NCBI GenBank assembly: GCA_965248535.1
Contig: CBDFJR010000005.1
Coordinates: 448,001-512,000, forward strand
DNA from: Phormidesmis sp.
GTDB lineage: Bacteria; Cyanobacteriota; Cyanobacteriia; Leptolyngbyales; Leptolyngbyaceae
Direction: 5' to 3'
DNA: 64,000 nucleotides
Shown here: positions 37,164 to 47,100 of the stretch, in pieces
How positions within the stretch are numbered: the stretch's first letter is position 1
How the letters are laid out: each line of letters opens with the position of its first letter
Translations under genes and position numbers: made by a program
The notes under the pieces: model-generated
Told to the model about the DNA's origin: nothing
Database searches by the model: none
Seen by the model: only the letters and a program-made list of their open reading frames with translations

Positions 37164-37982
37164 TTAAGCCGCTCGAAGCTGTGCTAACTCAAAAACTTTG
37201 TCAGGCGTGAGTTCCTGCACATTGCTCAACACAATTTCTGCTCCCGCTTGCAAAAGCAAGTTGATGTAGGCGTGACGTTGCTCCTCATTTTGCTGAACGT
37301 GGGGGGGAAGCACTCCGACGGCAATCCACGCCCGATCGGGGCATCGCTTTCGCGCTTGAGCGATCGTATACATATCGGCTACCGTGTCTCCAACATAAAT
37401 CACGGGCGGCTTTTGCTCCGGCTCTAAACGGCGCACGCTTTCAAACAGTCCCGTGGGGTCAGGCTTGCCGGGTGCGTCTTCCATCGCGATCAAGACAGGA
37501 GCCTGCAACCCCAATCGCTTCTCTAACACATAATTAGCCGAGGCTCTGGTCGCGCCGCTAAAAAACCCCCAGCAGATTTCGGCTTGAGTCAGGGAGGCTA
37601 AATAGGCAGGGTCTAACAGCAGCGGCTCATCGCAGATATAGCCCGTCCAGTGGTCAGCATCGGGGCCGCGATATTTAGACTGAAAGAAAAAAACTAATTC
37701 TTGGTAGTCTAGAGCGATCGCGCTGCGGGCAGATCCCTGGGCCTCAAAATATCGATAGATTAGCTCTTGAGAAGCCTCCCAGTCGTTATTCCACGTTCCT
37801 TCTGACTTGAGGGTGTCTATTGCTTGAGCAGTCGGGCGGTAGGCGCTTTGAGTAAACCGCTCTACTGTATCGGCTAGAGCGCGACGATAAGAGCCGCCCA
37901 CATCTCTGACAACGCCGTCAATATCAAAGACCACGATCGCTGCCAATTTTTTCAACCCTGCCTCTCGTTCCTGATTTAGCAC
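37164..37982 (-). CDS. HAD-superfamily hydrolase (TIGR01548-like)
   Basis: FDIDGV, WNNDW, KPDP, YVGDTVADM. Confidence 0.88.
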   Translation of the reverse strand: MLNQEREAGLKKLAAIVVFDIDGVVRDVGGSYRRALADTVERFTQSAYRPTAQAIDTLKSEGTWNNDWEASQELIYRYFEAQGSARSAIALDYQELVFFFQSKYRGPDADHWTGYICDEPLLLDPAYLASLTQAEICWGFFSGATRASANYVLEKRLGLQAPVLIAMEDAPGKPDPTGLFESVRRLEPEQKPPVIYVGDTVADMYTIAQARKRCPDRAWIAVGVLPPHVQQNEEQRHAYINLLLQAGAEIVLSNVQELTPDKVFELAQLRAA

Positions 37983-38092
37983 GCCGCTCTCACTCCGAAT
38001 TGATGCAAAATCTCGTAATTTTTTCTATCTATAAGAACAGTACGATAGAATAGCTGATTGTAATCAAGCTTGGGATTGCGCTGGAGGTTGGA

Positions 38093-38392
38093 TTGTCGAA
38101 GTTTATCTTAAAGGTTCTCTGGTTAGATGAGAACGTGGCACTAGCAGTCGATCAAGTAGTCGGCAAAGGCACCAGTCCTTTAACGTCTTACTTTTTCTGG
38201 CCGCGCAATGATGCCTGGGAACAACTCAAAACTGAGTTAGAAAAGAAACACTGGATTTCTGAGGTCGATCGCGTCGAGTTGCTCAACAAAGCCACCGAGG
38301 TGATTAACTATTGGCAAGAAGAGGGCAAACGCCGTCCGATGGCAGAAGCCCAGTCAAAGTTTCCAGAAGTGACGTTTACCGGAAGCGCTTGA
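38093..38392 (+). CDS. ycf65: 30S ribosomal protein PSRP-3 / Ycf65
   Basis: [35 protein letters not shown]. Confidence 0.92.
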   Translation: MSKFILKVLWLDENVALAVDQVVGKGTSPLTSYFFWPRNDAWEQLKTELEKKHWISEVDRVELLNKATEVINYWQEEGKRRPMAEAQSKFPEVTFTGSA

Positions 38393-38641
38393 TTTTTGCC
38401 TCGCGGCAGAGCCAGCAGCTTGAACGAGTCGGTTAAATTGAATCACTCTAGGCAGCCCCGATCGTGAATCTCGCAGGTTGGGGCTTGTTCTATAGTGGGG
38501 TTAAATCGACCTTGACTCCAAAATTAGGCAAACTGTAAATAAAATATGACTTTTATAATGATTTAATAATTTCATTACGAGCCTTCACGTTTTCATTCTT
38601 AGCATCCTTTAACGAACGCCATTTAACAGGTAGGTAGCTTC

Positions 38642-40939
38642 ATGTCTATGACCATTGCCCCCGATCAGGTAGAGCGGATTGTCTGGAACCAGCATCAAGA
38701 CCCCTTTGAGGTGTTGGGCCCACATCCAGTAGAGCGGGATGGTAAAACGGTCTGGGTCGTGCGAGCTTATCAACCCACTGCTGATGCTGCCTGGGTTATC
38801 TTGCCAGAGCAGCGAGAAGAACACCCGATGCAGTCGATCTATCATCCCCACTTTTTTGAATGCACGATCGACACCCCCGATCTCACCAACTATCAGTTGA
38901 GAATCAGAGAAGGAGATCACGATCGCGTTATCTATGACCCCTATGCCTTTCGGTCTCCTTTTCTGACCGATTTTGATGTTCATCTCTTCTCCGAAGGCAA
39001 CCATCACCGCATCTACGAAAAACTCGGTGCCCACGCAGTTCAGGTCGATGGCGTAAAAGGGGTCTATTTTGCAGTCTGGGCCCCCAACGCTCGCAGCGTC
39101 TCGGCGATCGGTGACTTTAACGATTGGGATGGGCGCAAACACCAGATGCGGCGCGGTCAGACTGGGGTGTGGGAACTTTTTATTCCAGAATTAGGCATCG
39201 GCACTCACTACAAATACGAAATCAAAAACCAGGATGGGCACATCTACGAGAAGTCTGATCCCTATGGGTTTCAGCAAGAGGCTCGCCCCAAAACAGCCTC
39301 GATCGTCACCGATCTAGACTCCTACACCTGGCAAGACCAAGACTGGATGGAGCGCCGCCGCAACACTGAGCCGCTAATGCACCCGATCTCGGTCTATGAA
39401 GTGCATCTTGGCTCATGGCTTCATGCCTCGTCTGCCGAGCCTGCCAAACTCCCCAACGGCGACACTGAACCTGTTGTAGTAGTGTCAGAACTCAAACCCG
39501 GAGCGCGGTTTCTCACCTATCGAGAACTTGCCGAAAAACTGATTCCCTACGTCAAAGATCTGGGGTTCACTCACATTGAGTTGATGCCGATCGCCGAACA
39601 CCCGTTCGATGGTTCTTGGGGCTATCAAGTCGTCGGCCACTACGCCTGCACCTCTCGCTATGGCACCCCCCAAGACTTCATGTATTTTGTTGATCAGTGC
39701 CACGCCAACGACATTGGGGTGATTGTCGATTGGGTGCCGGGTCACTTCCCTAAAGACGGTCATGGTCTGGCGTTCTTTGACGGCACTCATCTTTATGAGC
39801 ATTCTGACCCGCGCAAAGGCGAACACAAAGAGTGGGGCACCCTGGTTTTCAACTATGCCCGGCATGAAGTTCGCAATTACCTGGTTTCTAATGCGCTCTT
39901 CTGGTTTGATAAATATCACATCGACGGAGTTCGCGTCGATGCGGTTGCGTCCATGCTCTATCTCGATTATTGCCGCGAACCCGGCGAGTGGGTGACCAAT
40001 CAATATGGCGGACGCGAAAACATTGAAGCCGCAGACTTTCTGCGTCAGATGAACCACACAATTTTCAGCTATTTTCCAGGGGTGCTGTCGATCGCTGAAG
40101 AATCTACGTCCTGGCCGATGGTTTCTTGGCCTACCTACGTTGGGGGTTTAGGCTTTAACCTCAAGTGGAACATGGGCTGGATGCACGATATGCTCGACTA
40201 CTTCAGCATGGACCCGTGGTTCCGGCAATTTCATCAAAACAACGTCACTTTCAGCATGTGGTATAACCACAGCGAAAATTTCATGCTGGCGCTCTCCCAT
40301 GATGAAATCGTGCACGGCAAGAGCAACATCATTGGCAAAATTCCGGGAGACGAATGGCAAAAGTTTGCCAATATGCGCTGCCTCTATGCCTTTATGTTTA
40401 CTCACCCCGGCAAAAAAACGCTGTTTATGAGTATGGAGTTTGGGCAGTGGAGTGAGTGGAACGTCTGGGGCGACCTAGATTGGCAGCTTTTGCAGTTTGA
40501 GCCGCACCAAAAGCTCAAGCATTTTATGGAAGCGCTCAACGCCACTTATCGCAGTGAACCTGCCCTCTACACTCAAGATTTTGCCGAGCCAGGGTTTGAA
40601 TGGATTGACTGTAGCGACAATCGGCACAGCGTCGTCGCGTTCATTCGTCGGGCTAAAGACTCTGACGAATTTGTGATCACAGTCTGCAATTTTACCCCTC
40701 AGCCTCACAGTCACTATCGAGTCGGCGTTCCAGAAGCCGGGTTCTATACAGAACTCTTAAACAGCGATGCCCGCGAATATGGCGGCAGCAACATGGGCAA
40801 CCTGGGAGGAAAATGGACTGAGGAGTGGAGCTATCACAGCCGACCTTACTCGATCGACCTCTGTTTACCCCCGATGTCTACGCTGGTGCTAAAGCTCGAT
40901 CGGGCAAAAACGCAAGCGGCACTCAGAGCACAGGGCTAG
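38642..40939 (+). CDS. glgB: 1,4-alpha-glucan branching enzyme
   Basis: FAVWAPNA, YEVHLGSW, RVDAVASM, AEEST, LSHDE. Confidence 0.97.
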   Translation: MSMTIAPDQVERIVWNQHQDPFEVLGPHPVERDGKTVWVVRAYQPTADAAWVILPEQREEHPMQSIYHPHFFECTIDTPDLTNYQLRIREGDHDRVIYDPYAFRSPFLTDFDVHLFSEGNHHRIYEKLGAHAVQVDGVKGVYFAVWAPNARSVSAIGDFNDWDGRKHQMRRGQTGVWELFIPELGIGTHYKYEIKNQDGHIYEKSDPYGFQQEARPKTASIVTDLDSYTWQDQDWMERRRNTEPLMHPISVYEVHLGSWLHASSAEPAKLPNGDTEPVVVVSELKPGARFLTYRELAEKLIPYVKDLGFTHIELMPIAEHPFDGSWGYQVVGHYACTSRYGTPQDFMYFVDQCHANDIGVIVDWVPGHFPKDGHGLAFFDGTHLYEHSDPRKGEHKEWGTLVFNYARHEVRNYLVSNALFWFDKYHIDGVRVDAVASMLYLDYCREPGEWVTNQYGGRENIEAADFLRQMNHTIFSYFPGVLSIAEESTSWPMVSWPTYVGGLGFNLKWNMGWMHDMLDYFSMDPWFRQFHQNNVTFSMWYNHSENFMLALSHDEIVHGKSNIIGKIPGDEWQKFANMRCLYAFMFTHPGKKTLFMSMEFGQWSEWNVWGDLDWQLLQFEPHQKLKHFMEALNATYRSEPALYTQDFAEPGFEWIDCSDNRHSVVAFIRRAKDSDEFVITVCNFTPQPHSHYRVGVPEAGFYTELLNSDAREYGGSNMGNLGGKWTEEWSYHSRPYSIDLCLPPMSTLVLKLDRAKTQAALRAQG

Positions 40940-41526
40940 TCACAAGGGTTGCCTGCCTGTCCCGGACGGTTTTCTCCCGTCCGCATGGCTCCCAGCAGCG
41001 TTGAAACCACAACACACCGCTTGACCTGGCTGTTAGGGACAGAGAGAGTGACCCTTCCCAACTGCCCATTGACTTCACCATAATGGTTAAACTGAACGCT
41101 GTATATTTCGTTCGATTTTAGTAGGGTAGTTTCTGGATTGAGTTGAACGCCCTCACCCAAGCTGTTCCAAGACAGACTGTTAGCGGCTGTAAGAGTGGCT
41201 GGATAAATTGCCCACTCGACTCTGCCATTTTGAGGTCGGAAGCTGACTTTTTGGTCAAGGTGTTTCAATTTTGCAGTGGTTTGAGCTTGACGCAAAACCT
41301 CAAAGACCTGACTTTGGGCAGTGTTTAAGCGCTGATTATTGAGAAACGATAGCCAAGAGGGGGCTGCAATTGCAAAGAGAATTCCGACAATCAAAAGAAC
41401 AGCTAGAAGCTCAATTAGGGTGAAGCCTTGGGTCGATCGAGACCGTAAATTGCTCCCACAGACCTTTAAACCCTCAATTTTCTGTGCGCCTTTAGCTCCG
41501 CTAAAACGATGGCTATGGGAATTCAT
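40936..41526 (-). CDS. Type IV pilin-like (FimT/GspH-type) protein
   Basis: Prepilin motif QGFTLIELLAV, C-terminal KRCVVVSTLLGAM...C. Confidence 0.85.
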   Translation of the reverse strand: MNSHSHRFSGAKGAQKIEGLKVCGSNLRSRSTQGFTLIELLAVLLIVGILFAIAAPSWLSFLNNQRLNTAQSQVFEVLRQAQTTAKLKHLDQKVSFRPQNGRVEWAIYPATLTAANSLSWNSLGEGVQLNPETTLLKSNEIYSVQFNHYGEVNGQLGRVTLSVPNSQVKRCVVVSTLLGAMRTGENRPGQAGNPCD

Positions 41527-41607
41527 AAAAAAACTCAAAGGCGATGACCGTTGAGTTTAGAGTTCCCAAAAATTCTCCTCAGTTTTAATTAATTCTGGAA
41601 GCGATCG

Positions 41608-42204
41608 CTAGTTACAGTCTCCATCGTCTGCCGAAGTCATGGCACCTAAAAGGGTTGTAACTTTGACACACCGCTTAGGGCTGGTAGCTGTCGTAGCCTG
41701 AACCGTGATGCTATAAGGCGTAGTGCCGATATTGGGGTTAACGTTGCCGTAAGTGTCAAAAATGATTGCGCCGCTGGTGGTTGCCGCGCCCTGATCTGGT
41801 TTTCCAGCGATCTTAATGACTCCTGGTTTGATGTCACCACTGCCCAAAACTTGCCATCTTCCATCTGAGGCGTTGACACTAGCAATGACCCCGCTTGGGG
41901 TTAACGTGTTGTCAACTACAGGCAGAACAATGATTCTCGGCTGCTGGTTTGTGCTGGTTGTGGTGGTGTTGTCGAAGACGATCGCTCGACTGGTTTTAGT
42001 TCGTTTCGCGTCGGCTTGGGCCGATCGCAGCACTTCAAACACCTGTCCTCGTGCGGTTGAGAGGCGCTGTCGATTGAGAAAGCCAACCCAACTTGGGGCG
42101 GCGATCGCAAACAAAATGCCAGCCATAATCATGATCACTAAGGCTTCAATTAAGGTAAAGCCCGCGATCGAGCGATTTGAACGGTTCCTGTTTTTCATGA
42201 TCAT
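41608..42204 (-). CDS. Pseudopilin, FimT-like (HpsD-like)
   Basis: AGFTLIEAL, KRCVKVTTLLGAM. Confidence 0.85.
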   Translation of the reverse strand: MIMKNRNRSNRSIAGFTLIEALVIMIMAGILFAIAAPSWVGFLNRQRLSTARGQVFEVLRSAQADAKRTKTSRAIVFDNTTTTSTNQQPRIIVLPVVDNTLTPSGVIASVNASDGRWQVLGSGDIKPGVIKIAGKPDQGAATTSGAIIFDTYGNVNPNIGTTPYSITVQATTATSPKRCVKVTTLLGAMTSADDGDCN

Positions 42205-42236
42205 TCTCCCAGTTGAGGCACAAAAGCAGCCAATAA

Positions 42237-43298
42237 TTAGATTCGCTTGTCTAAAGCGCCACGCGTCATCACACGGGTTTGCATAGAGATAGGAACGTTG
42301 CTCGCGTTAAGCGGAAGCCCAGGTCTCCCGGCTGCGTTGCCTTGAAGGAAGATAGAAATCTCCTGGTTCAAGTTGCCGTTACTTTCGCCCCCTTTGACAC
42401 AAACATAAAAGCCTCTATTATTGCTTGATGTTGGCGTGAGCGTATATCCAGGAGCAGATGCAGTTGTGACAGGAGATGGACAAACTGCATCGGTAGCGGT
42501 ATTGGATAAGCCTGTTTGATCAACAAAATCGACGAGCACTTGGGTATTGCTGCTGTCAGACGTTGGAGTTTTGCTGACTCGATTGTCTACTTGCTTGGCA
42601 TCAAGAGGCCAAGTCATAAAAGAGACATCACCCCCGGCCGGAAAAAGCCAGCCCGGTGTCGTGTCAGTGGCAGCAGATGCGCTGTAGGCATATTGAGGCA
42701 GTTGATAGCGCTTAAGCCTGGCTCTACCGCTCCAAGTATTGCTAGGGTTCCAGTCTAAGGAATAAACAACTAGCGTATACATTCGTCGAGAGACGCAGGG
42801 AATATTACTAATCGGGGCAAGCGCTGTCGTTTGCTTTGCCGTGTCTGTCTCAGAGAATGCCCCGGCATTAGCTTTGCAAAGCGCGTCAATTTTGGGAGGT
42901 AGCGGATCGACCCGCCAAAACGCAAGCACTGGGAGATTATTAGTTCCGGGGTCAGGGAGGTAACTGGGTTTGAGTAAGCCATTGCACGCCGCACTGCCCG
43001 ATGGATAGCTATAAGAGCTACTCGTTAAACAGTTGCCATCATAGACGTAGACCGCCTCACGCAGATCACGCCCAATATAGTCGAGAGCCATCTGCATTTC
43101 GCGCTGGGTGTCACTGCGAGCAGATTCTCGCTGACTGGTCTGCAATAGCTGCACCACCAAAAAGAGCAAAATGCTGGTGATGATGCCCCCAATAAACATG
43201 GCAACTAAAAGTTCTACCAGCGTAAACCCTGCTGACTTACGACGCTTAGAAGATCCGTGGAGACGCTGACTTCCTTGTTTAAACCATTTTCTAGCCAT
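42237..43298 (-). CDS. hpsC: Pseudopilin, PilW-like (HpsC-like)
   Basis: AGFTLVELLVAM, ALDYI.RDLREAVYVY, PVLAFW; position in the hps locus. Confidence 0.78.
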   Translation of the reverse strand: MARKWFKQGSQRLHGSSKRRKSAGFTLVELLVAMFIGGIITSILLFLVVQLLQTSQRESARSDTQREMQMALDYIGRDLREAVYVYDGNCLTSSSYSYPSGSAACNGLLKPSYLPDPGTNNLPVLAFWRVDPLPPKIDALCKANAGAFSETDTAKQTTALAPISNIPCVSRRMYTLVVYSLDWNPSNTWSGRARLKRYQLPQYAYSASAATDTTPGWLFPAGGDVSFMTWPLDAKQVDNRVSKTPTSDSSNTQVLVDFVDQTGLSNTATDAVCPSPVTTASAPGYTLTPTSSNNRGFYVCVKGGESNGNLNQEISIFLQGNAAGRPGLPLNASNVPISMQTRVMTRGALDKRI

Positions 43299-43356
43299 TG
43301 TTTTTCAACCTGATTCGAGCCTTCTGATTGTGTGTAAACAAGTGAGGTAAGAACCT

Positions 43357-44157
43357 CTAGCATTGTCCGGCAAGGGAATTGGGGCACAGCTTCCTGTAGA
43401 GGTCTAAGTTTTTGCTGGCATTGCTGCGAACGATCGTAGAGTATTGAACCGCCAGAGGGCGAGTCAATTGGTTACCAAGCCCATTCGTGCCTTTTAAGCT
43501 GGCTTGCTCTGATAGACCCTTGCCAGCTTTTAAGTTGGGTTCGGCAACGATCGAGTAAACCCTAACCCCCATCACAAATCCATCGGGGGCCACACCCGTA
43601 GCGGGAACCTTTCCGTCACTATCCAACCCAGTGCTGCGAAAGGTTTGGATCAAGAAGTTAGCTTTGCAGTCTTTAGAATCTTCAGGATTGGGATCGGTGT
43701 TAATTCCTACATATTTGTCAATACTGGTGGGTGACTTGCCATCATCTCGATTGCTACAGCGGGGGTTTACGGTCACCACGTTGCCGTCTTTGGGAGTCGT
43801 GGGAGCAGCCACGCTAGCGCCCCGCAGATTGGTTGTCCCCGCGTCAGGAGGGAGTAGATTGAGCGAGGTGACTTGCCCTTGATCAACAAGCGTGCGGACG
43901 CGATCGATTTCACCCTGAGCAATCTGTAGGGCTTGTTCAGATCGGCGATTTTGAACACGGGTGCCCGTGGCCCAAAAAACTGGGGGGGCAATGCTGACCA
44001 GCGTGATTGCCACTACCACGATCGCCACCAACCCTTCGATCAGGGTTAGACCCTGATCCGATCGTCGGCTAGAGGCTGCCATTGTTTGGGTCAGACTCAA
44101 GCTGAGTCTGAGGGCAAAACCGGGAGCAAGCCGTTTTTTTATCGGTGTTTGTGACAT
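43357..44157 (-). CDS. hpsB: Pseudopilin, PilV-like (HpsB-like)
   Basis: QGLTLIEGLVAIVV, ATGTRVQNRR.EQALQIAQGEIDRVR; start placed at MSQTP just after the hpsA stop. Confidence 0.78.
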   Translation of the reverse strand: MSQTPIKKRLAPGFALRLSLSLTQTMAASSRRSDQGLTLIEGLVAIVVVAITLVSIAPPVFWATGTRVQNRRSEQALQIAQGEIDRVRTLVDQGQVTSLNLLPPDAGTTNLRGASVAAPTTPKDGNVVTVNPRCSNRDDGKSPTSIDKYVGINTDPNPEDSKDCKANFLIQTFRSTGLDSDGKVPATGVAPDGFVMGVRVYSIVAEPNLKAGKGLSEQASLKGTNGLGNQLTRPLAVQYSTIVRSNASKNLDLYRKLCPNSLAGQC

Positions 44158-44170
44158 GTCAGGCTCCTGA

Positions 44171-47100
44171 TTAGCTAGGACAGTTGACTTTAGTGGGATC
44201 ATTGGGGCCGAACTTCTTATCTGTGATGGTCTTGGCAGCTTTGCAAAGCAAGCTGATGTAAGCATCATTGACAGGAGGTTCGGTATAAAACTCGTTGCGG
44301 CTCTTGCTAGACGTGACAAATCGAGTAGCAGCCGGGCCTGCTGGGCTTAGTTGCAGACCTACGTCATAACCCCAAAGTCGATTGGGTGCGTTGTAGTAGT
44401 GGAGGTTTTCTTTGGTCAAGTCTACCGGATCACCAATCTCCCAGGCTTCTAGCTCAAACGGGGCAGTTCCGTAGTTGCTAAAACTAAGCTGTAAGAAAGA
44501 GCCACTGAAGTTCAGTGGAGTATTACTCCAAGACTCAAGGAACCGCGGGAAGTTGTGCAACCCCCCATAGGATTGACCCTTGCGAGATGGAACAATGCCA
44601 CTTACCACAATGGTGTTGACCCTAGTCTGCTTGGCTGACATCAGCAATGTTCTGTCGTTGCTTTCTCCGATCGGGTAGTAACCATCAGTGTATTTAGTCC
44701 CGTAAACTACAGGGCGGGGTAATGCGGGCTGTGAGGTGTTAACACCTGTCGGTTGGGGAGCTTGAATCAGAGGCTGACCTGCGCGGGAAATCTTGATCGG
44801 TGAGGTGAAATCAGCCCAATAGTTGGCGGCAGCGTTGGCATTTCGCTGGGGCAAGGTTGCGTTAGAGGAATTTTCGCGCACCCAATCCCAACTTACATTG
44901 GTGGTGATGGGCAGGGCCTTGCGAGCAATATCACGATTGTGGAAAGACGTGTAGCCATTGCCCGTGCAGCCGGGGCCAAATAGCCCAGACTTGGTAGGGT
45001 CGCCATATTGAGCGCGAGGATTGCTCCGGTTAGCATCATCACTACCCAGAAGGCTAAAATCGGCGATCGGGTTTGCCGCCGTTTTGCTTAAATCGGGGAT
45101 GACGAAGGTGTCAGCAATGCTGCCATCGCAGAAGTCACTTGAAAGGACACCGATGCTATCGGCCAAAACTTCAGAAGGTCTCCATCGGTCTTTAAGGGGA
45201 GCCGAGAAGTTGTCATAGTTAGTGGTTGTGCGGTTATAGAATTGGCTCTCGTTATATAGCTGGGTGTCGGGCAACTGTTGAGTAAATTCTTCTAACCGCT
45301 TGCCTGCTGTGTCTTCTGAGCCATCTTGATGGAGATTAAAATCTCCTTGAATAAAGACAGGCTGGTCAGTGAAGAAGGACAACCCGCGAATATTTTTGGA
45401 CGCTTCTAGGAGAGAGTCTTTACGTTTGAGTTCTGAGCCGTTCCGCAATCGGAAGCCATGAGTGCGGCGCTCAGGGTCAGGTCGATAGTCTACTGCTTTA
45501 GGTGAAATCCCACTTTTGAATGGAGGATCGGTGGGTTTTGCTGGGTTTCGCAAGTCTGTGTCTGTGCCAACAGGACGAGTGATGGCATCTTCGCGAACCG
45601 CATCTTCGCGGAACGCATAGACAATGCCGCTTTCAGGCAACCAGACATCGGTTGTTCCCGTGACCCCACTGCTGCGAAGCATTCCTAAATCAATATCCAT
45701 TGACCGGGTTAACATCACCTGGCGACCATCTAAGAAAGCACGATCGAGGAAGGGAACTGCAATCTTAGTCGTGCCATCGGTTGACACGATGAGGTTGGGC
45801 GAAATGTTAGGGCCGCCGCTGACAGGTGCGACATCTGTGGTCTTCGGCGTGGTGTAGGGAAGCTTCCAACTGCTTAACGGTTGTGGGGTGAGGGCAATGT
45901 CTGACCCCAGGGTATAGTCAGGAACCGGGAAAGGAGTCGTAGCGGCGTAGGGGTAGCTGCTGAGTACAGGCGTTGTGCTAGCTGCCGCCGCAGTAGGTGT
46001 AGCTGGTGAGACATTTAGTAAAGAATCAGGCGTTCTAGGGAGCGGTGAACTGCCTACCACCTTAAACGTCACACCTCCATTAACCGTAGCACCAGCAACA
46101 TAGCTATCCTTGACATAGGGTTCTTGATCGCTTACGGCTCTGCTGTCGCTGCTGGCCAGAATATCCGCAGGTGTTAGAGCAGCTAGAACCGCACTCTTTA
46201 AGACAGATCCGGGTTGCCTGTGGTCATAGAGCGGGATTCCTGGCAGTCCCACGCCTGTCGCAGGCTCTAGGGCACCTGCCAAACCGTGATCTTTTTCTGG
46301 AAAGATATAGTAGAGGGCAGGAAACTTAGGAAGAACCCATGCCATTTTAGCGGGAACATCAGGATTGTAGTTAGTGGTGTCTATTGCACCACACAGACGA
46401 GAGAGGGCTAGTCGATATCGACCTTCATTAGTCCCTGCTCCGGCAGCCGGCCCGGTTTTACCCGGATCATTGGGTAGAGCAGCAAACTTAAAATCGTCCG
46501 GGTTGCAAGCCGATGGCAGGGTGTATTCAATCAGGCTGCCGTTTGAGCCTGTGCCGGATGCCCGACCAACATAAGAGCCAAAGGCAGGAGAAGAGCGGAA
46601 ACCAAACGCCCGATCGCGCCGAATCTGATATTTCAGCATGATTAGCTCTGCCATTCTCACCCTCGAATCATTGAGCGTTTTGGCTAACGCCTCTTGATAG
46701 GGAAATTTGGGTATATTTTCCTCTTTCAAAATCTTTTGCTTTAGGGCACCAATCCAAGCTTCTGGAGGAACGTCTGCATAATCTGTCCCTTTGTTTAGTC
46801 CGTTAATTCCCGTTCGTGCACTGCTGGGGTCATACTCTCTACTGGCTAGTTGACCCTTTGGCACAACCTCTCCATTAAGCTCGTCGCCATCCATTAGATC
46901 CTGAAGGGTCTTAGCTAGCTGGGTTAAGACAGTTGTGTTGTTGCCAACGTAGTCGTAGTCATTCTTCACGTTGGTCGGATCAAACCTTTGAATTTGATCA
47001 ATGTTGTAGGCTAAGACCCCGATCGTGCAAGAAGCCGTTTGCAGGTAAGTTTTATCGGCAATGCTCAGGTCTGCGTAGGCCGTGCCCGCCGTGAGCTTGC

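Noticed and set aside
43357..44319. 320-aa HpsB overlapping hpsA by 149 bp
   Set aside because: A downstream ATG at 44157, just after the hpsA stop, is the more plausible start
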